Below, in pieces: positions 37,329 through 47,834 of a DNA stretch of 64,000 bases. The notes beneath the pieces were generated by a model. That model saw only the letters and a program-made list of their open reading frames with translations. It was not told where the DNA came from and made no database searches. The stretch is taken from IMG/VR virus record IMGVR_UViG_3300032116_000004, positions 251,779 through 315,778 of that record, one strand, 5' to 3'. The position numbers and the translations under genes are program-made. How positions within the stretch are numbered: position 1 is the first letter of the stretch; the number at the start of each line of letters is the position of its first letter.

Positions 37329-39668
37329 AGCCGTGTTAATGGGTGGCAATCCACGACGAGCACGTTCTTCGTTGATGCGGGCTCGCACTATCTCATCATC
37401 ACCCGAATAGGTGAGATCTGAATCAGACACATTGGAATATAGATTAAACGTGCTAGTGAAAACAGGTATGGGCACTTTGGGATTTCCTATCACTTGTCCC
37501 ACGGCTTGATCAACTGCTGAGCGAATAGTAGTGCCAGTGGCCGACGGGGAAGTTGTGGAAAATCCCTGCACTGCCAGGCTGATCTTTTGGTTCACCAAGT
37601 CCACAGCATATTGCCCGCCGCGCACCAGTTTGTTGACGTTATCCAACAATGTGGCGTCGCCCACAGTGCCGTTGATCCAACTTTTCACTGTATCAGCACC
37701 ATATTTGGCGCCGGCATTCACCAATCCTGCTAGTTTGCTGGGATTTTCTGTGCCCGTAACAACACCTTGACCTCTGAGATCCACCAGCGATTTCTGTAGC
37801 AAATCGGCCTGTATGTCATCTTGCAGTTTGGGATCGTTCAAGAGATCGGCTGCATTGTTGACGCCGGCATATCCAGTCCATACCGTGGGATTGTTCAGGA
37901 TATCAGTGACATCGGTTTCACTGTCGGCCAGATAAAATTCATAGGTTCCGGGCTTGAGATATCCAGCAGCCTCCAACTGTTGAGGACTGAGTCCATACTT
38001 GCCCACACCATACTCGTTGCTGATTTCTATGGCGTCTTGAGGCACATCTTTGCTGGCCTGTGCCAGCATGCCTGTCACTTGCTCGGGTTCTATGGATCCC
38101 ACGCTCACAGTGGCCGGAGTTTGTTCTTCATAATCAGTTTCATTGATGGCGTCAAATTCAGTGTTTTGTATTTCTACATAGCGAGTTTCAATTTCAGTGG
38201 GCAACAATGATTCTGCATCAGCGAAGGTATCAATACTGGTCTGGGCCTGGATACCACGATTGGCAAAAGGATAAGGCATGTGCGTGGGCGCACGAGTCAC
38301 TGCTGTCTTGATCGCACCACCTTCTACTATCCATCCTTGGTTCTGTTCAAACTTCACGTCAGGAAGATTCTGTATGGAAAGGTTATTGGGTTTGGGCACA
38401 TCAGGAGCAGAGCCGCCATTGAGGCTGATACAACCTGCGGACAGCACCATGTTTGATCCTGCGTCCCAGGTTCCGGCTTTTGTTGATTTCATGCTCAAGG
38501 TTCCATCGCTCTTGATACCAATGAAACTGTCTGCGTATTGCAACATGGCTTTTTTGCTGTTGAGCTGGATGAGATTTTCACTTTCTGCTGTGACTGATCG
38601 TTCGCCGCGGATGTTGATGGAGTTCCGGGCATTCATGTTGATGTTGCGATCAGCGTGCAAGTTGATGTCACCTTGGCTGCGCAAGTTGATACTGTTGGTA
38701 GAATAGATGTCCACTGTGCCCTGGCTGCCAAACTCCAACCATGACTGACCATTGGCATGGGTGATAAAGAAACAATCGCCGGTGTCTGACATGGTTATCT
38801 GATGACCTTTGGCAGTGCGTATGCGCACTAGGGCATCCTGTCCAGTGAGATCGCCGTCGTCCATCACGAGGCTATGGCCACCACGTCGGCCAATCACTTG
38901 CACATCTTGCGGTAACAATAGACCTTGCTCCAACTGTTGGCGTATGTTTTGTTCGCTCAGTCCACCAGCATAGATCGGTCTTCCTGGTGTGGATATGCCG
39001 TAAACCGAACTGGGACTCTCTCGTTGGGCATTGGATCCAATGGGACCGCGCAAGGGATCATTGATCAAGCCCTGCTGTAACAGCGTGGCAGCGACCACGC
39101 CGTGTACCGGTTTGGTCTGATCAAAGAATCTGGGATTTTCGCTCAGTGTTTGATTGTCGTCATTGAATTCTACCACTGGCAGTTGAGGACTGTTTTGGAA
39201 ATAAGAACTTTGATTGTTGTTGTCTAGTTTGAATTTCCTACTGGCACCGATAGCCGGCAACATGTGATTGAGTCCGGGTTGCACGATGCAACCGAGATAA
39301 TAGCCGCTGTTGGCATCCCCCGAAGCAAACACGCAAACTACTTGTGTGCCGATATCCGGCGGAGTGAACCACATGCCGTAACTTTGGCGGTTACCTATGT
39401 AGCTGCCTTCACCAGTGTCTTGTTCGGTGGTAGGATTTGTGGTTCCATAAAAAGGACTCACAGGGCTCACTGTGCGCCAAAGGTCGGGATTGTTTTTGTC
39501 TGGGCCGGCAAAGTCTTCAATCCAGACCTGCACTCGACCGCCACGAACCTGAGAATCTACCACGGATCTCACTTCGCCTATGTAGATGCCCACCTGAGTG
39601 GGAGCGTTGCCTCTGTCTAGTTTGTAGGCACCGGGTATGCCCGAGGTGCGTTGGACGTTTTCTGCCAT
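37326..39668 (-). CDS. baseplate hub/central spike protein, gp5/VgrG-like
   Basis: OB-fold GRVQVWI..YGMWFTPPDIGTQV; RIRTAKGHQITMSD; beta-helix-like repeats; RAPTHMPY; extra C-terminal domain. Confidence 0.8.
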   Translation of the reverse strand: MAENVQRTSGIPGAYKLDRGNAPTQVGIYIGEVRSVVDSQVRGGRVQVWIEDFAGPDKNNPDLWRTVSPVSPFYGTTNPTTEQDTGEGSYIGNRQSYGMWFTPPDIGTQVVCVFASGDANSGYYLGCIVQPGLNHMLPAIGASRKFKLDNNNQSSYFQNSPQLPVVEFNDDNQTLSENPRFFDQTKPVHGVVAATLLQQGLINDPLRGPIGSNAQRESPSSVYGISTPGRPIYAGGLSEQNIRQQLEQGLLLPQDVQVIGRRGGHSLVMDDGDLTGQDALVRIRTAKGHQITMSDTGDCFFITHANGQSWLEFGSQGTVDIYSTNSINLRSQGDINLHADRNINMNARNSINIRGERSVTAESENLIQLNSKKAMLQYADSFIGIKSDGTLSMKSTKAGTWDAGSNMVLSAGCISLNGGSAPDVPKPNNLSIQNLPDVKFEQNQGWIVEGGAIKTAVTRAPTHMPYPFANRGIQAQTSIDTFADAESLLPTEIETRYVEIQNTEFDAINETDYEEQTPATVSVGSIEPEQVTGMLAQASKDVPQDAIEISNEYGVGKYGLSPQQLEAAGYLKPGTYEFYLADSETDVTDILNNPTVWTGYAGVNNAADLLNDPKLQDDIQADLLQKSLVDLRGQGVVTGTENPSKLAGLVNAGAKYGADTVKSWINGTVGDATLLDNVNKLVRGGQYAVDLVNQKISLAVQGFSTTSPSATGTTIRSAVDQAVGQVIGNPKVPIPVFTSTFNLYSNVSDSDLTYSGDDEIVRARINEERARRGLPPINTA

Positions 39669-39677
39669 TGTTTTCCT

Positions 39678-42641
39678 TTATGGTGCTATGATATCTGATA
39701 TCTGCGGGGCATCATCGCTGACCACTCTGGACCCTGGTTTGGGTGGTACTTCGCTGACTCGACTGCCCGTCGCATTACTTACTGCATCAGGATCACTGGA
39801 TGCACCAAACTCTAACTCCAACAAACTGGGTGCAGGCACAGTGTTGGTAGACTGGCTGGCATCTCGAGCGGCAATCTCGTTGTCCACGCGACGCACATCA
39901 GCCTGGCTGAATCGGCTGCCTTGGGTGGGCTGTGCCTGTCCCAGCAGAGGTTTAACACCCTTGCTGAGATCAAAGTTCTTGATATTTCCTGCCAATCGCT
40001 GTGTGAATTTACCACCTTTGAACATGCTCCAGATAGTGTGTGCAGAGAACACAGAACTTTCACTGGGCAAGTTGCGCTCTCCGGTGCTCTGGCTATAGGC
40101 AGTGTTGTTGGCATTGACCTGGGCCAAGCCTGTTGAGATATTGTAGTCTGCCACAGGATTGAATCGCAGTTCATACAGGATTTCTGATGCATCGGCGTTG
40201 ACACTGCCGTCGGGCATGCTTTGGGCTAGACTAAATGATCCCGTGTAAAACACATCGCTCTGCACCAACCAATCTGGATCTCCAATGATCACCACTTGAG
40301 AATTGGCAATGTCCGTATCTTGATACAGTCGATCGGCCAGATTGGCCGCGATTGAATTGGTATCGCCGGGGCCGCCAGTGCCTTCCATGTTGGGCTTGTT
40401 CTGATACACCACTTTTTCGTAGAGCCTACCGCTGCCACCCACCAAGGGTTGTGCCACTCTGTTCTGGTTGTTGCCAAATATGGTCACATAGTTGGCATTG
40501 ACATTGATTTCAAAATCCATCACTTCGCTGTTGAGTCCCGTGAACCAATAGTTGTAGATCTTGTGTGCGCCGCGATAGCCTGCTGTGGGGAACTCAGCGA
40601 TGCGAGGATCGTTGATCTGATATCGGCTGATGAGATATATGATCTTGTTGGCATACTGCCGGCGTTTTTTGTCATACTGATCTTGAGGTTCTATGCGGCA
40701 ACGGATCTTATACCACTGCACTGTTTTCACAGGAGTCTGCACTTTCCATTGCCGTGTTTTTTCGTCCTGGATGAGATTCTGTTGGCTGACGATGTAACTG
40801 CTGTTGCGCATGATCAGATCGATCAACTGCACGATCTGCGTTCCTCGGGTGACAGAAAAATTCTTGTTGTCTTTGTTATAGCTGCTGGTCCGCATCAAAA
40901 GGTCATCTCGGGCGTTCTGTCCAGGCACAAACGCTGTGCGGCTCTTGTCTTGTTTGGCCGGGCGTGCTATTTTTGCATCGGCCAGGCCAGCCACATTTTC
41001 AATCCTGATCTCATAGATGTCCGCAGTTTCTTGTGCGCCAGATTTTTGTAATTCCAGTTGGTGCTGATTCAGCGCCTCACAAAGACCCTGTGTGTAAGTC
41101 TTGCGGGCAGAAAGTTCACTGGCCTTGGCTGGTGCTTGGCTGGATGATTCAAGATCTCTAATCTCATCTTGATTCAATTGCCGCTGTGTGGCAGTGACCG
41201 GTGCCAGCAGAGGTCTGCCATTGAGCAAGGTTGCTATGTCTGGAGCCTTGAGTTCAAAGTCAAAGGGTATGGTTCCATAGGACTGGCTGAATCCCACTGT
41301 GGTCTGAGGTATAGAAGCCTTCACGAGATATTCCACGTTGCGACTGGCTATCTTGTAAGTGAGTTCAGATATGGTGAAAGGTATCCATTTTTCCACGATG
41401 CTGTCTCGATCGCTGCCAATTTCGGTCTGTCCTAATTGGCTGCCGTTGATCAGCTGTCCGTTGGCGTCATAGCCATAGAATCTAATGACCATGAGGTAGT
41501 TGCACGTAGTGTAACTCACTGTGGGATCACTGTTCTTGAGATGTGCTCTCACGGCATCCCTCAGCGTGGGCAGGAAGGTGATACCATTGGGTTCAATGAT
41601 CTTGAACTCCATCTCTACTGCGTTGTGTGCCCTGGCGCCGCTCTGCGTGCCGATCTGGCTCATTATAGTGAGATCATCAAAATAGTAATCATATTTGAAA
41701 AAAGGATTACGACGTCCTACTCCCTGGATGGGAGTTCCGTCAATGCCACCGCTCTGCACGATCAGAGATTCTGTGGTTATGGACTTGCGTTGGCTGTTCA
41801 GCATGTTCACATACTCACGAGGTGTCATTATATACCAGCTCACTGTATAAGTCATGGATGCCAGCTTGGCCAGTGGATTGGGGCGTGCGTCAATGGGCGA
41901 CAGGAATTCCGGCGCGATAGCGGGCCTTCCGTCGGTAGATGCCGTGCCGCCCACATTGACCGTGGTAGTGTCGCGTTGATCGTCACCTCCATCGGCAGGA
42001 CCAGATTGAGTTTGATTCACAGTGACCACTGGTCTAGCACCGCCTACCGTGGTAGAACCTTGGTCTAGCCCAAGATCCGCATTGTTCAGCAGTTGCGGTT
42101 GGTCGGCATTGGATTCCCGACTGTAGCCAGGATTGGCATCTACTAGATTGCCGTCATCGTCAAAGGTTTGGAGCGGCAGTGGCGGGGACGATACGTTGGC
42201 ATCTTCTTGATTGCCTCGCTGTGCGTTGACCACTTCGTCGCCGGCGCTGTCAGCTGATGCCTGTGGACGATTGTTGGCTTCATCGTAGCGCACTGTATTG
42301 AGACGATTGATCAATGCACTGGCTTCTCTACGGGTTCCGTCAATGCCGGCCTGAACAGCGTCATAACGGGCACTGAGGCTCCGGGTATTTTGACGCTCTA
42401 GTTCATTGGTGCTCTGGCGGCCCATGTCTTGTATTTGGGCGAATGCTCGACTGTTGCTGGATTCGGCCAGCCCCAGATAGGTATTGACCTGCCCAAACAG
42501 ATTCTCTGCACGGGTGACGGATCGCGTGGCCACAGCAGCTCCAAGATCGCCAGTGAGCCTCACTGCTGTGCCCAATTGCCGATCGGCTTGATCTAGATCG
42601 ACAATGGCCGCGGACTGGCTCAGGATAAAAGTGGCTGCCAT
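39678..42641 (-). CDS. baseplate hub/tail protein (gp27-like, tentative)
   Basis: RPNPL..YT..; FKIIEPNG; KIYNYWFTGLN; IIGDPDWL; FKGGKFTQRL; lies between the gp53-like and gp5-like genes. Confidence 0.55.
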   Translation of the reverse strand: MAATFILSQSAAIVDLDQADRQLGTAVRLTGDLGAAVATRSVTRAENLFGQVNTYLGLAESSNSRAFAQIQDMGRQSTNELERQNTRSLSARYDAVQAGIDGTRREASALINRLNTVRYDEANNRPQASADSAGDEVVNAQRGNQEDANVSSPPLPLQTFDDDGNLVDANPGYSRESNADQPQLLNNADLGLDQGSTTVGGARPVVTVNQTQSGPADGGDDQRDTTTVNVGGTASTDGRPAIAPEFLSPIDARPNPLAKLASMTYTVSWYIMTPREYVNMLNSQRKSITTESLIVQSGGIDGTPIQGVGRRNPFFKYDYYFDDLTIMSQIGTQSGARAHNAVEMEFKIIEPNGITFLPTLRDAVRAHLKNSDPTVSYTTCNYLMVIRFYGYDANGQLINGSQLGQTEIGSDRDSIVEKWIPFTISELTYKIASRNVEYLVKASIPQTTVGFSQSYGTIPFDFELKAPDIATLLNGRPLLAPVTATQRQLNQDEIRDLESSSQAPAKASELSARKTYTQGLCEALNQHQLELQKSGAQETADIYEIRIENVAGLADAKIARPAKQDKSRTAFVPGQNARDDLLMRTSSYNKDNKNFSVTRGTQIVQLIDLIMRNSSYIVSQQNLIQDEKTRQWKVQTPVKTVQWYKIRCRIEPQDQYDKKRRQYANKIIYLISRYQINDPRIAEFPTAGYRGAHKIYNYWFTGLNSEVMDFEINVNANYVTIFGNNQNRVAQPLVGGSGRLYEKVVYQNKPNMEGTGGPGDTNSIAANLADRLYQDTDIANSQVVIIGDPDWLVQSDVFYTGSFSLAQSMPDGSVNADASEILYELRFNPVADYNISTGLAQVNANNTAYSQSTGERNLPSESSVFSAHTIWSMFKGGKFTQRLAGNIKNFDLSKGVKPLLGQAQPTQGSRFSQADVRRVDNEIAARDASQSTNTVPAPSLLELEFGASSDPDAVSNATGSRVSEVPPKPGSRVVSDDAPQISDIIAP

Positions 42642-42644
42642 CGA

Positions 42645-42944
42645 TTAGAATCCCAGGGCGGCTTTGAGGGTGGTTATCTTGGGCAAGTAGATCTGCACAC
42701 CATCACGGAAATCATACAGCGGATCAGGCAGAGTGTTGGGATTGCGCTGGGCAAACACCCACCACAGACCAGCATCTTGATAAAGGTCATAGGCCAAGAG
42801 ATCCGGGCGCAGATTGTAAGTGGCATTGATGCGGAACAGGATGTCGTCGGCCTGTTTGGGGATGGGCCGATTGGTCATGAAGTCAAGATACACACCATTT
42901 TTGGGCGTGGTAAAATAAGCACTAGTGCTTGCATATATGGCCAT
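42645..42944 (-). CDS. baseplate wedge protein, gp53/LysM-like
   Basis: RPDLLAYDLY..LWWVFAQRN..DP..G..IYLP. Confidence 0.8.
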   Translation of the reverse strand: MAIYASTSAYFTTPKNGVYLDFMTNRPIPKQADDILFRINATYNLRPDLLAYDLYQDAGLWWVFAQRNPNTLPDPLYDFRDGVQIYLPKITTLKAALGF

Positions 42945-44650
42945 TACCAGAATCCTCCTTTGAGCAAGTTACCATTGGCATAACGATCAAGGCTGAACTG
43001 TTGCGTGACTTGACTGCGTGTGGGCATGGGCAACAGTGTCAGTATGGCCTGCATCTTGGTGGGCACATAGGTGGGAGAATTCAATCCAAGATTGGGCGGC
43101 GCCGGGGGATAATTTATAGCTCCCTTGGGCAAGTTGGCTCCAGTCAATCTGGACCAGATGTTTGATAGGCTGTAACTGTTGGTTGGTCCGCCAGTCTGTT
43201 GTCTGCGCCACAGCAGACCATTGCCGCCTTGTGTGACACCGGCCGATGTTGACTGGCGTCCTCGAGACCGGATGTAGTCCACATCATTGGGCAAGTTGTA
43301 GTTGAACTGGCTGATCACGCAGGGATGTTCATTGAATTGGAATTCGCCCAACCCTGTGAGGAATACCAAGGGCGGTGGGGCTCCGCGATCGTCGTCTTGA
43401 CCGTAGAACATCTTGGTGCATGATCTGAAAAAGTGTATGGTGGCCAATAGGTAATCGGCCTCGGCCGAATCCTGTGCTGTGAAATCTGCCGTGATCGTCA
43501 CTTCGCCTACCCGGCTGCCTTTGTAGAAATAGCCACGATAGTTGGAATGCACCAAATCTGTGGGATTGTAATCTGCGTTATAACTCATGTCGATGCGCGG
43601 TGTATAAGGAAATACCACGCCATCGGTGTTGCGCAGGGGTTCCATGATACCTGCGCCTTCGGGATTCTTGTAGAGATAGGTAGCGTAAGGTGCCAGGCGC
43701 AAGCGCACACGCCAGTCGCCATCGCCCACTGCTTTGCCATTGGCCTTGCGTATTTCCGACACTTCGGCTTGCTGGCGGGCCTGTGACAACAGTGCTTGCG
43801 CTTGCGAGGCCAGGGCCACATCATCATCGGTAGCTACTCGAACAAGATCGCTATCGTTTGGATCATCTTCATCTCGCTGGGAAAAATATGCAGGATCGCC
43901 TTCGGACAATTCGCCGGCCAATCTAGTGGCTTGGGCGTCAGTGAGTCCTGATTGCACTGTTTCACCAGTGTCAAGATTTTCTACGTTGAACTTGCCAGTT
44001 TCGGGATCATATACCGCGGTAAATCTGCCGCCCAACGGACCTGGCTGGACATTGATCACTCTGTTGAATTCCGCATCGGCTTCGCGTCGTTCAAACTCGA
44101 TCTGTTGTGCTACCACGCTGTCGGCTGGTAACAGTTCGCCATTGGCATCAAAAACAAATTGTCCAGGTCTGGAGATTGTGGCCAATGGCTCAGCGTTGGG
44201 ATCTCTCTGCGGACCTTGATCCACGGGCAGAGGAGAAGCAGTGATGTTGGATATTGTCACTGGACTGGTAACTGCTGGTTCAACGGTGGGATCGGGGGGA
44301 TTGCCTTGTGGTGGTGCCGCGGAGGTCAGCGGCGGAGGTGGTGGTAGCGCAGGTGGGTTGTTGTTGACCTGTGGGTTCTGTGCGGCATCGGTGTCGGGCT
44401 GGTTGAACACCGTGGTATAGTTCTGTAGGGCCGCTTGCGAGGCATTGACGGCCTGTTCCAGTCGCGCCGCGGCCTGGGTGACTCCGTCTTGTGCTTGTGC
44501 CAGCAGACCGGGATCAACGTCTGATCCTGCTTCTTGTGCTCGTGCCAGGATACGCTGTGCTCGATTCAGCGCACCTAGCGCATCTAGCCTTTCTTGGTTT
44601 GCTCGCTGTAGTGCGAGATCCGCTTGATTTGTTTGGGCCTGTGTAGACAT
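42944..44650 (-). CDS. tail tube initiator/baseplate protein (gp48/gp54-like) with long low-complexity N-terminus
   Basis: Start revised to ATG 44650 (SD AAGGA); GVVFPYTP..HSNY..FTAQ..HFFRSCTKMFYG..GAPPP..P(C)VI..F.YNLP.DVDY. Confidence 0.65.
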   Translation of the reverse strand: MSTQAQTNQADLALQRANQERLDALGALNRAQRILARAQEAGSDVDPGLLAQAQDGVTQAAARLEQAVNASQAALQNYTTVFNQPDTDAAQNPQVNNNPPALPPPPPLTSAAPPQGNPPDPTVEPAVTSPVTISNITASPLPVDQGPQRDPNAEPLATISRPGQFVFDANGELLPADSVVAQQIEFERREADAEFNRVINVQPGPLGGRFTAVYDPETGKFNVENLDTGETVQSGLTDAQATRLAGELSEGDPAYFSQRDEDDPNDSDLVRVATDDDVALASQAQALLSQARQQAEVSEIRKANGKAVGDGDWRVRLRLAPYATYLYKNPEGAGIMEPLRNTDGVVFPYTPRIDMSYNADYNPTDLVHSNYRGYFYKGSRVGEVTITADFTAQDSAEADYLLATIHFFRSCTKMFYGQDDDRGAPPPLVFLTGLGEFQFNEHPCVISQFNYNLPNDVDYIRSRGRQSTSAGVTQGGNGLLWRRQQTGGPTNSYSLSNIWSRLTGANLPKGAINYPPAPPNLGLNSPTYVPTKMQAILTLLPMPTRSQVTQQFSLDRYANGNLLKGGFW

Positions 44651-44666
44651 CGTGGATTCCTTGATG

Positions 44667-44672
44667 TATTTA
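44667..44672 (-). promoter_or_regulatory. late promoter heading the baseplate operon
   Basis: gtaaata on the minus strand, upstream of the SD and ATG 44650. Confidence 0.6.
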
Positions 44673-44710
44673 CCGGATGTCAAAACGGCTAACATAATGA
44701 TTGAAATGAT

Positions 44711-44738
44711 TTGACAAAGATGCCAAATGTTGTATAAT
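44711..44738 (+). promoter_or_regulatory. consensus sigma70 promoter for the gp55 operon
   Basis: TTGACA-16 nt-TATAAT, then GGAGA SD and ATG 44766. Confidence 0.85.
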
Positions 44739-44765
44739 AACTACAATATAGGAGAATCATCAACG

Positions 44766-45653
44766 ATGTCTATCAAGACTCCAGCCAAGACCAATTATCT
44801 CAACAACAAAGATATATTGAAAGAAATACACCACAGCAAGAATTCATACTGCACCTATGTGAACCCACAAATGGATCATCAGTATGACATCATCTTGCCT
44901 TCGCTGTCCAAGATCAATCAGCGAACCATAGCCGAAGCCCGGCGCAACAGGGCTGATAGGATCAAAAAAGAAACCGGCGAAGCAGTCAACGAAAAGAAGA
45001 TTCCGCACACCGATCTTGTGTTCCGTATCACTACCTGGGAACACATACCCATGGCACCCAAAAAGCAAACCAAAGCCCAGGCCAAAAAAGCCAAGATGGA
45101 GGAACTGCTGGAACTGGATGACACCCAGGAAAGCGACGGGCTCGAGGACATCGTAGATGTGCCTGTGCTGGATACTGCACATGTCAGATTGAATTTTCCG
45201 CCGTTTTGGCACTATCGTTTGGACGAAGAAAAACAGCCGTTTGTGGTGGGTAAATCACACTGGCGGGGTAGTCTAGACGGGGGCGAGTTCTGCAGGGAAC
45301 ATGGCAAAATGACCCCAAAATTGGCGCACATGTTTATCAAACTGTGCGAAAGATACGCTACAAGGAGCAATTGGCGTGGATACACCTACAACGAAGAAAT
45401 GCGGGGTCAGGCCCTGCTACAGCTCAGCCAGATCGGATTGCAGTTCGATGAATCAAAATCGCAGAACCCTTTTGCGTATTATACTGCCGCTATCACTAAT
45501 AGCTTCACTCGTGTGTTGAACATAGAAAAGAAGATGCAGAACATACGCGATGATATCTTGGAAATGAACGGACTCAATCCTTCGTGGACTAGACAGTATT
45601 CGGAAAGCCATAACAAAGCAGCCGAAGCGGTCGCATCTCCTTCAGAAGAATAG
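44766..45653 (+). CDS. gp55: late-transcription sigma factor, T4 gp55-like
   Basis: NYLNNKD..NWRGYTYNEEM..FDESKSQNPFAYYT..NSFTRVLNIEKK; start revised to follow the SD. Confidence 0.88.
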   Translation: MSIKTPAKTNYLNNKDILKEIHHSKNSYCTYVNPQMDHQYDIILPSLSKINQRTIAEARRNRADRIKKETGEAVNEKKIPHTDLVFRITTWEHIPMAPKKQTKAQAKKAKMEELLELDDTQESDGLEDIVDVPVLDTAHVRLNFPPFWHYRLDEEKQPFVVGKSHWRGSLDGGEFCREHGKMTPKLAHMFIKLCERYATRSNWRGYTYNEEMRGQALLQLSQIGLQFDESKSQNPFAYYTAAITNSFTRVLNIEKKMQNIRDDILEMNGLNPSWTRQYSESHNKAAEAVASPSEE

Positions 45654-45667
45654 TATACTGCTACTCT

Positions 45668-46816
45668 ATGGATAGTGGAATTTATTGTTCGGCTCCCTGG
45701 AGAGGAGTGACCGTGAGAGAAAATGGAGACGTCAAAACCTGTTGTTCAGGCAAAACATCTCTGGGCAATCTCAATTCCAAATCTATTAGAGAGATATTGC
45801 ACCACTCTGACGCTTTGGAAGAAATAAAATCCTATCTGTTGGACGGTCGTGAGCATAGCAACTGTGCCGAATGCATCATGCACGACAAACAACACAACAC
45901 GGCTTCATTGCGACAGCATTACCAAACTCACTATCCGTTGGATGATTTTACCCACAAACTGAGATTCGTTGATGTGAGATGGAACAACAAATGTAACCTT
46001 GCGTGTCAGTATTGTTCGCCTACATTCAGCAGTGTTTGGGAAGATCGAATGGGAGTATCCACAACCTCTCCTCGTAAAAGCTATCAGGATGATTTGTTAC
46101 AATGGGTGCTTGAAAAATCACACGAACTCAAGGAATTAATGTTAGTGGGCGGTGAGCCCATGTTGATGAAACAAAATTATGAGTTGCTAAAACAATTACC
46201 ACAAGATTGTAGGATCAGCATCATAACCAATTTTGCCTACGACCTAGCCACGCTGCCATGTTTTGAAGATCTGCTACGGCGACCTCGAAACAATGTCATA
46301 TGGAACATCAGCATCGAGAATATTGGACAGCAATTGGAGTATGTGCGCAACGGCATACAATGGGATAGATTTCTTGCCAACTTAAAGTTGGTGTTACAGT
46401 ATTGGCCCGACAGCGTGAGTTTCAACATGGTTTACAGCATGTTCAATGCGTTGGATCTTTACGATATCGTGCGATACTATCATGAACACGGTGTGAAAAA
46501 AATAACGTTGATGCCGATCGCCGGACATCCTGAAATCAGTGCGTTCAACATGCCAACTCCTATCAAACAACAACTGGTGAACGTTCTGGATCGCATATCA
46601 ACCTGGCACGCACAGACCCATGGCATAGATGCTGATCTATATCCTATCTCTGGGTTACAGTCGATTCGCCAAGGGCTGATCGAATCTCACAGCAAAAACA
46701 CTGTCAACAAAAAGAATTTCTATGAAAAAGTTCAGTGGTATGACTCCTGGTCAGATCTAAAGTTCAACGTTTTATGGCCGGATACCATTGATATGATCGA
46801 AAGATATCTACAATAA
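45668..46816 (+). CDS. N-terminal twitch-domain radical SAM protein
   Basis: YCSAPW..KTCC..CAEC; CNLACQYC; VGGEPM. Confidence 0.92.
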   Translation: MDSGIYCSAPWRGVTVRENGDVKTCCSGKTSLGNLNSKSIREILHHSDALEEIKSYLLDGREHSNCAECIMHDKQHNTASLRQHYQTHYPLDDFTHKLRFVDVRWNNKCNLACQYCSPTFSSVWEDRMGVSTTSPRKSYQDDLLQWVLEKSHELKELMLVGGEPMLMKQNYELLKQLPQDCRISIITNFAYDLATLPCFEDLLRRPRNNVIWNISIENIGQQLEYVRNGIQWDRFLANLKLVLQYWPDSVSFNMVYSMFNALDLYDIVRYYHEHGVKKITLMPIAGHPEISAFNMPTPIKQQLVNVLDRISTWHAQTHGIDADLYPISGLQSIRQGLIESHSKNTVNKKNFYEKVQWYDSWSDLKFNVLWPDTIDMIERYLQ

Positions 46817-46817
46817 C

Positions 46818-47834
46818 ATGACCAATCTATTTAAAAAAGCCATAGTCTTCACTGACATCCATTTTGGACTGAAATCGAATAGCCTGTTGCACAATCAAGA
46901 TTGCGAGCAGTTTGTAGATTGGATCATCGCCCAGGGCAAGGAACACGGTTGCGAAACCGGCATGTTCTTGGGTGACTGGCATCACCATCGTGCGGCTATC
47001 AACTTACAAACACTGAACTTCAGTCTACAAGCATTGGAAAAACTAAGCAAAGCATTCTCTCAGTTCTTTTTTATTCCGGGCAATCACGATCTGTATTATC
47101 GCGACAAACGGGATATCCACGGTGCGGCCTGGGCCCGGCACTTGCCCAACATACATATCTGCAACGATTGGTTCCAAGAAGGTGATGTTGTCATTGCTCC
47201 TTGGTTGGTCGGAGACGAACACCGACGCATCGAAAAATTGAATGCCAAATACATGTTTGGTCATTTTGAACTGCCACACTTCAAAATGAATGCCATGGTA
47301 GAAATGCCCGATCATGGAACCATACAGGTAGATCATTTTGGACATATCGATCAAGTGTTTTCTGGTCACTTTCATCTTCGACAACACAAAAACAACATCA
47401 ACTACATTGGCAATGCGTTTCCGCACAACTTTGCCGATGCTGGTGATGCCAATCGTGGCTGCATGATATTGGAGTGGGGCAAGCAACCCGAATATCATGC
47501 ATGGCCCGAACAGCCCTTATACAATGTCTGGGATCTCAGCCATGTCATTGACAACGCTGAACAAATCTTGAAGCCCAACATGCATGTGCGTGTGCAACTA
47601 GACATCGAAATATCCTATGAAGAAGCCACTTTCATCAAAGACACATTTATCGTCAAGCATGGCCTGCGAGAAATGGCCCTGATACCCAACAAGCGATCTG
47701 CCTTGGAAGAAGACATGGCTCCCGGAGATGTGAAATTTGAATCAGTGGATCAGATCGTCACAGATCAGATCACCAAGATAGAATCAGAGTTCTACGATCC
47801 TAAACTATTACTCCAAATATATCAGGCGCTATGA
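46818..47834 (+). CDS. gp47: recombination endonuclease subunit, gp47/Mre11/SbcD-like
   Basis: DIHFG, GDWHH, GNHD, GHFE, SGHFH metallophosphoesterase motifs. Confidence 0.93.
   Translation: MTNLFKKAIVFTDIHFGLKSNSLLHNQDCEQFVDWIIAQGKEHGCETGMFLGDWHHHRAAINLQTLNFSLQALEKLSKAFSQFFFIPGNHDLYYRDKRDIHGAAWARHLPNIHICNDWFQEGDVVIAPWLVGDEHRRIEKLNAKYMFGHFELPHFKMNAMVEMPDHGTIQVDHFGHIDQVFSGHFHLRQHKNNINYIGNAFPHNFADAGDANRGCMILEWGKQPEYHAWPEQPLYNVWDLSHVIDNAEQILKPNMHVRVQLDIEISYEEATFIKDTFIVKHGLREMALIPNKRSALEEDMAPGDVKFESVDQIVTDQITKIESEFYDPKLLLQIYQAL

Noticed and set aside
18995-44627. Many 60-280 aa plus-strand ORFs opposite the baseplate genes
   Set aside because: They are antisense shadows of codon bias, with no motifs and complete overlap with well-supported genes.
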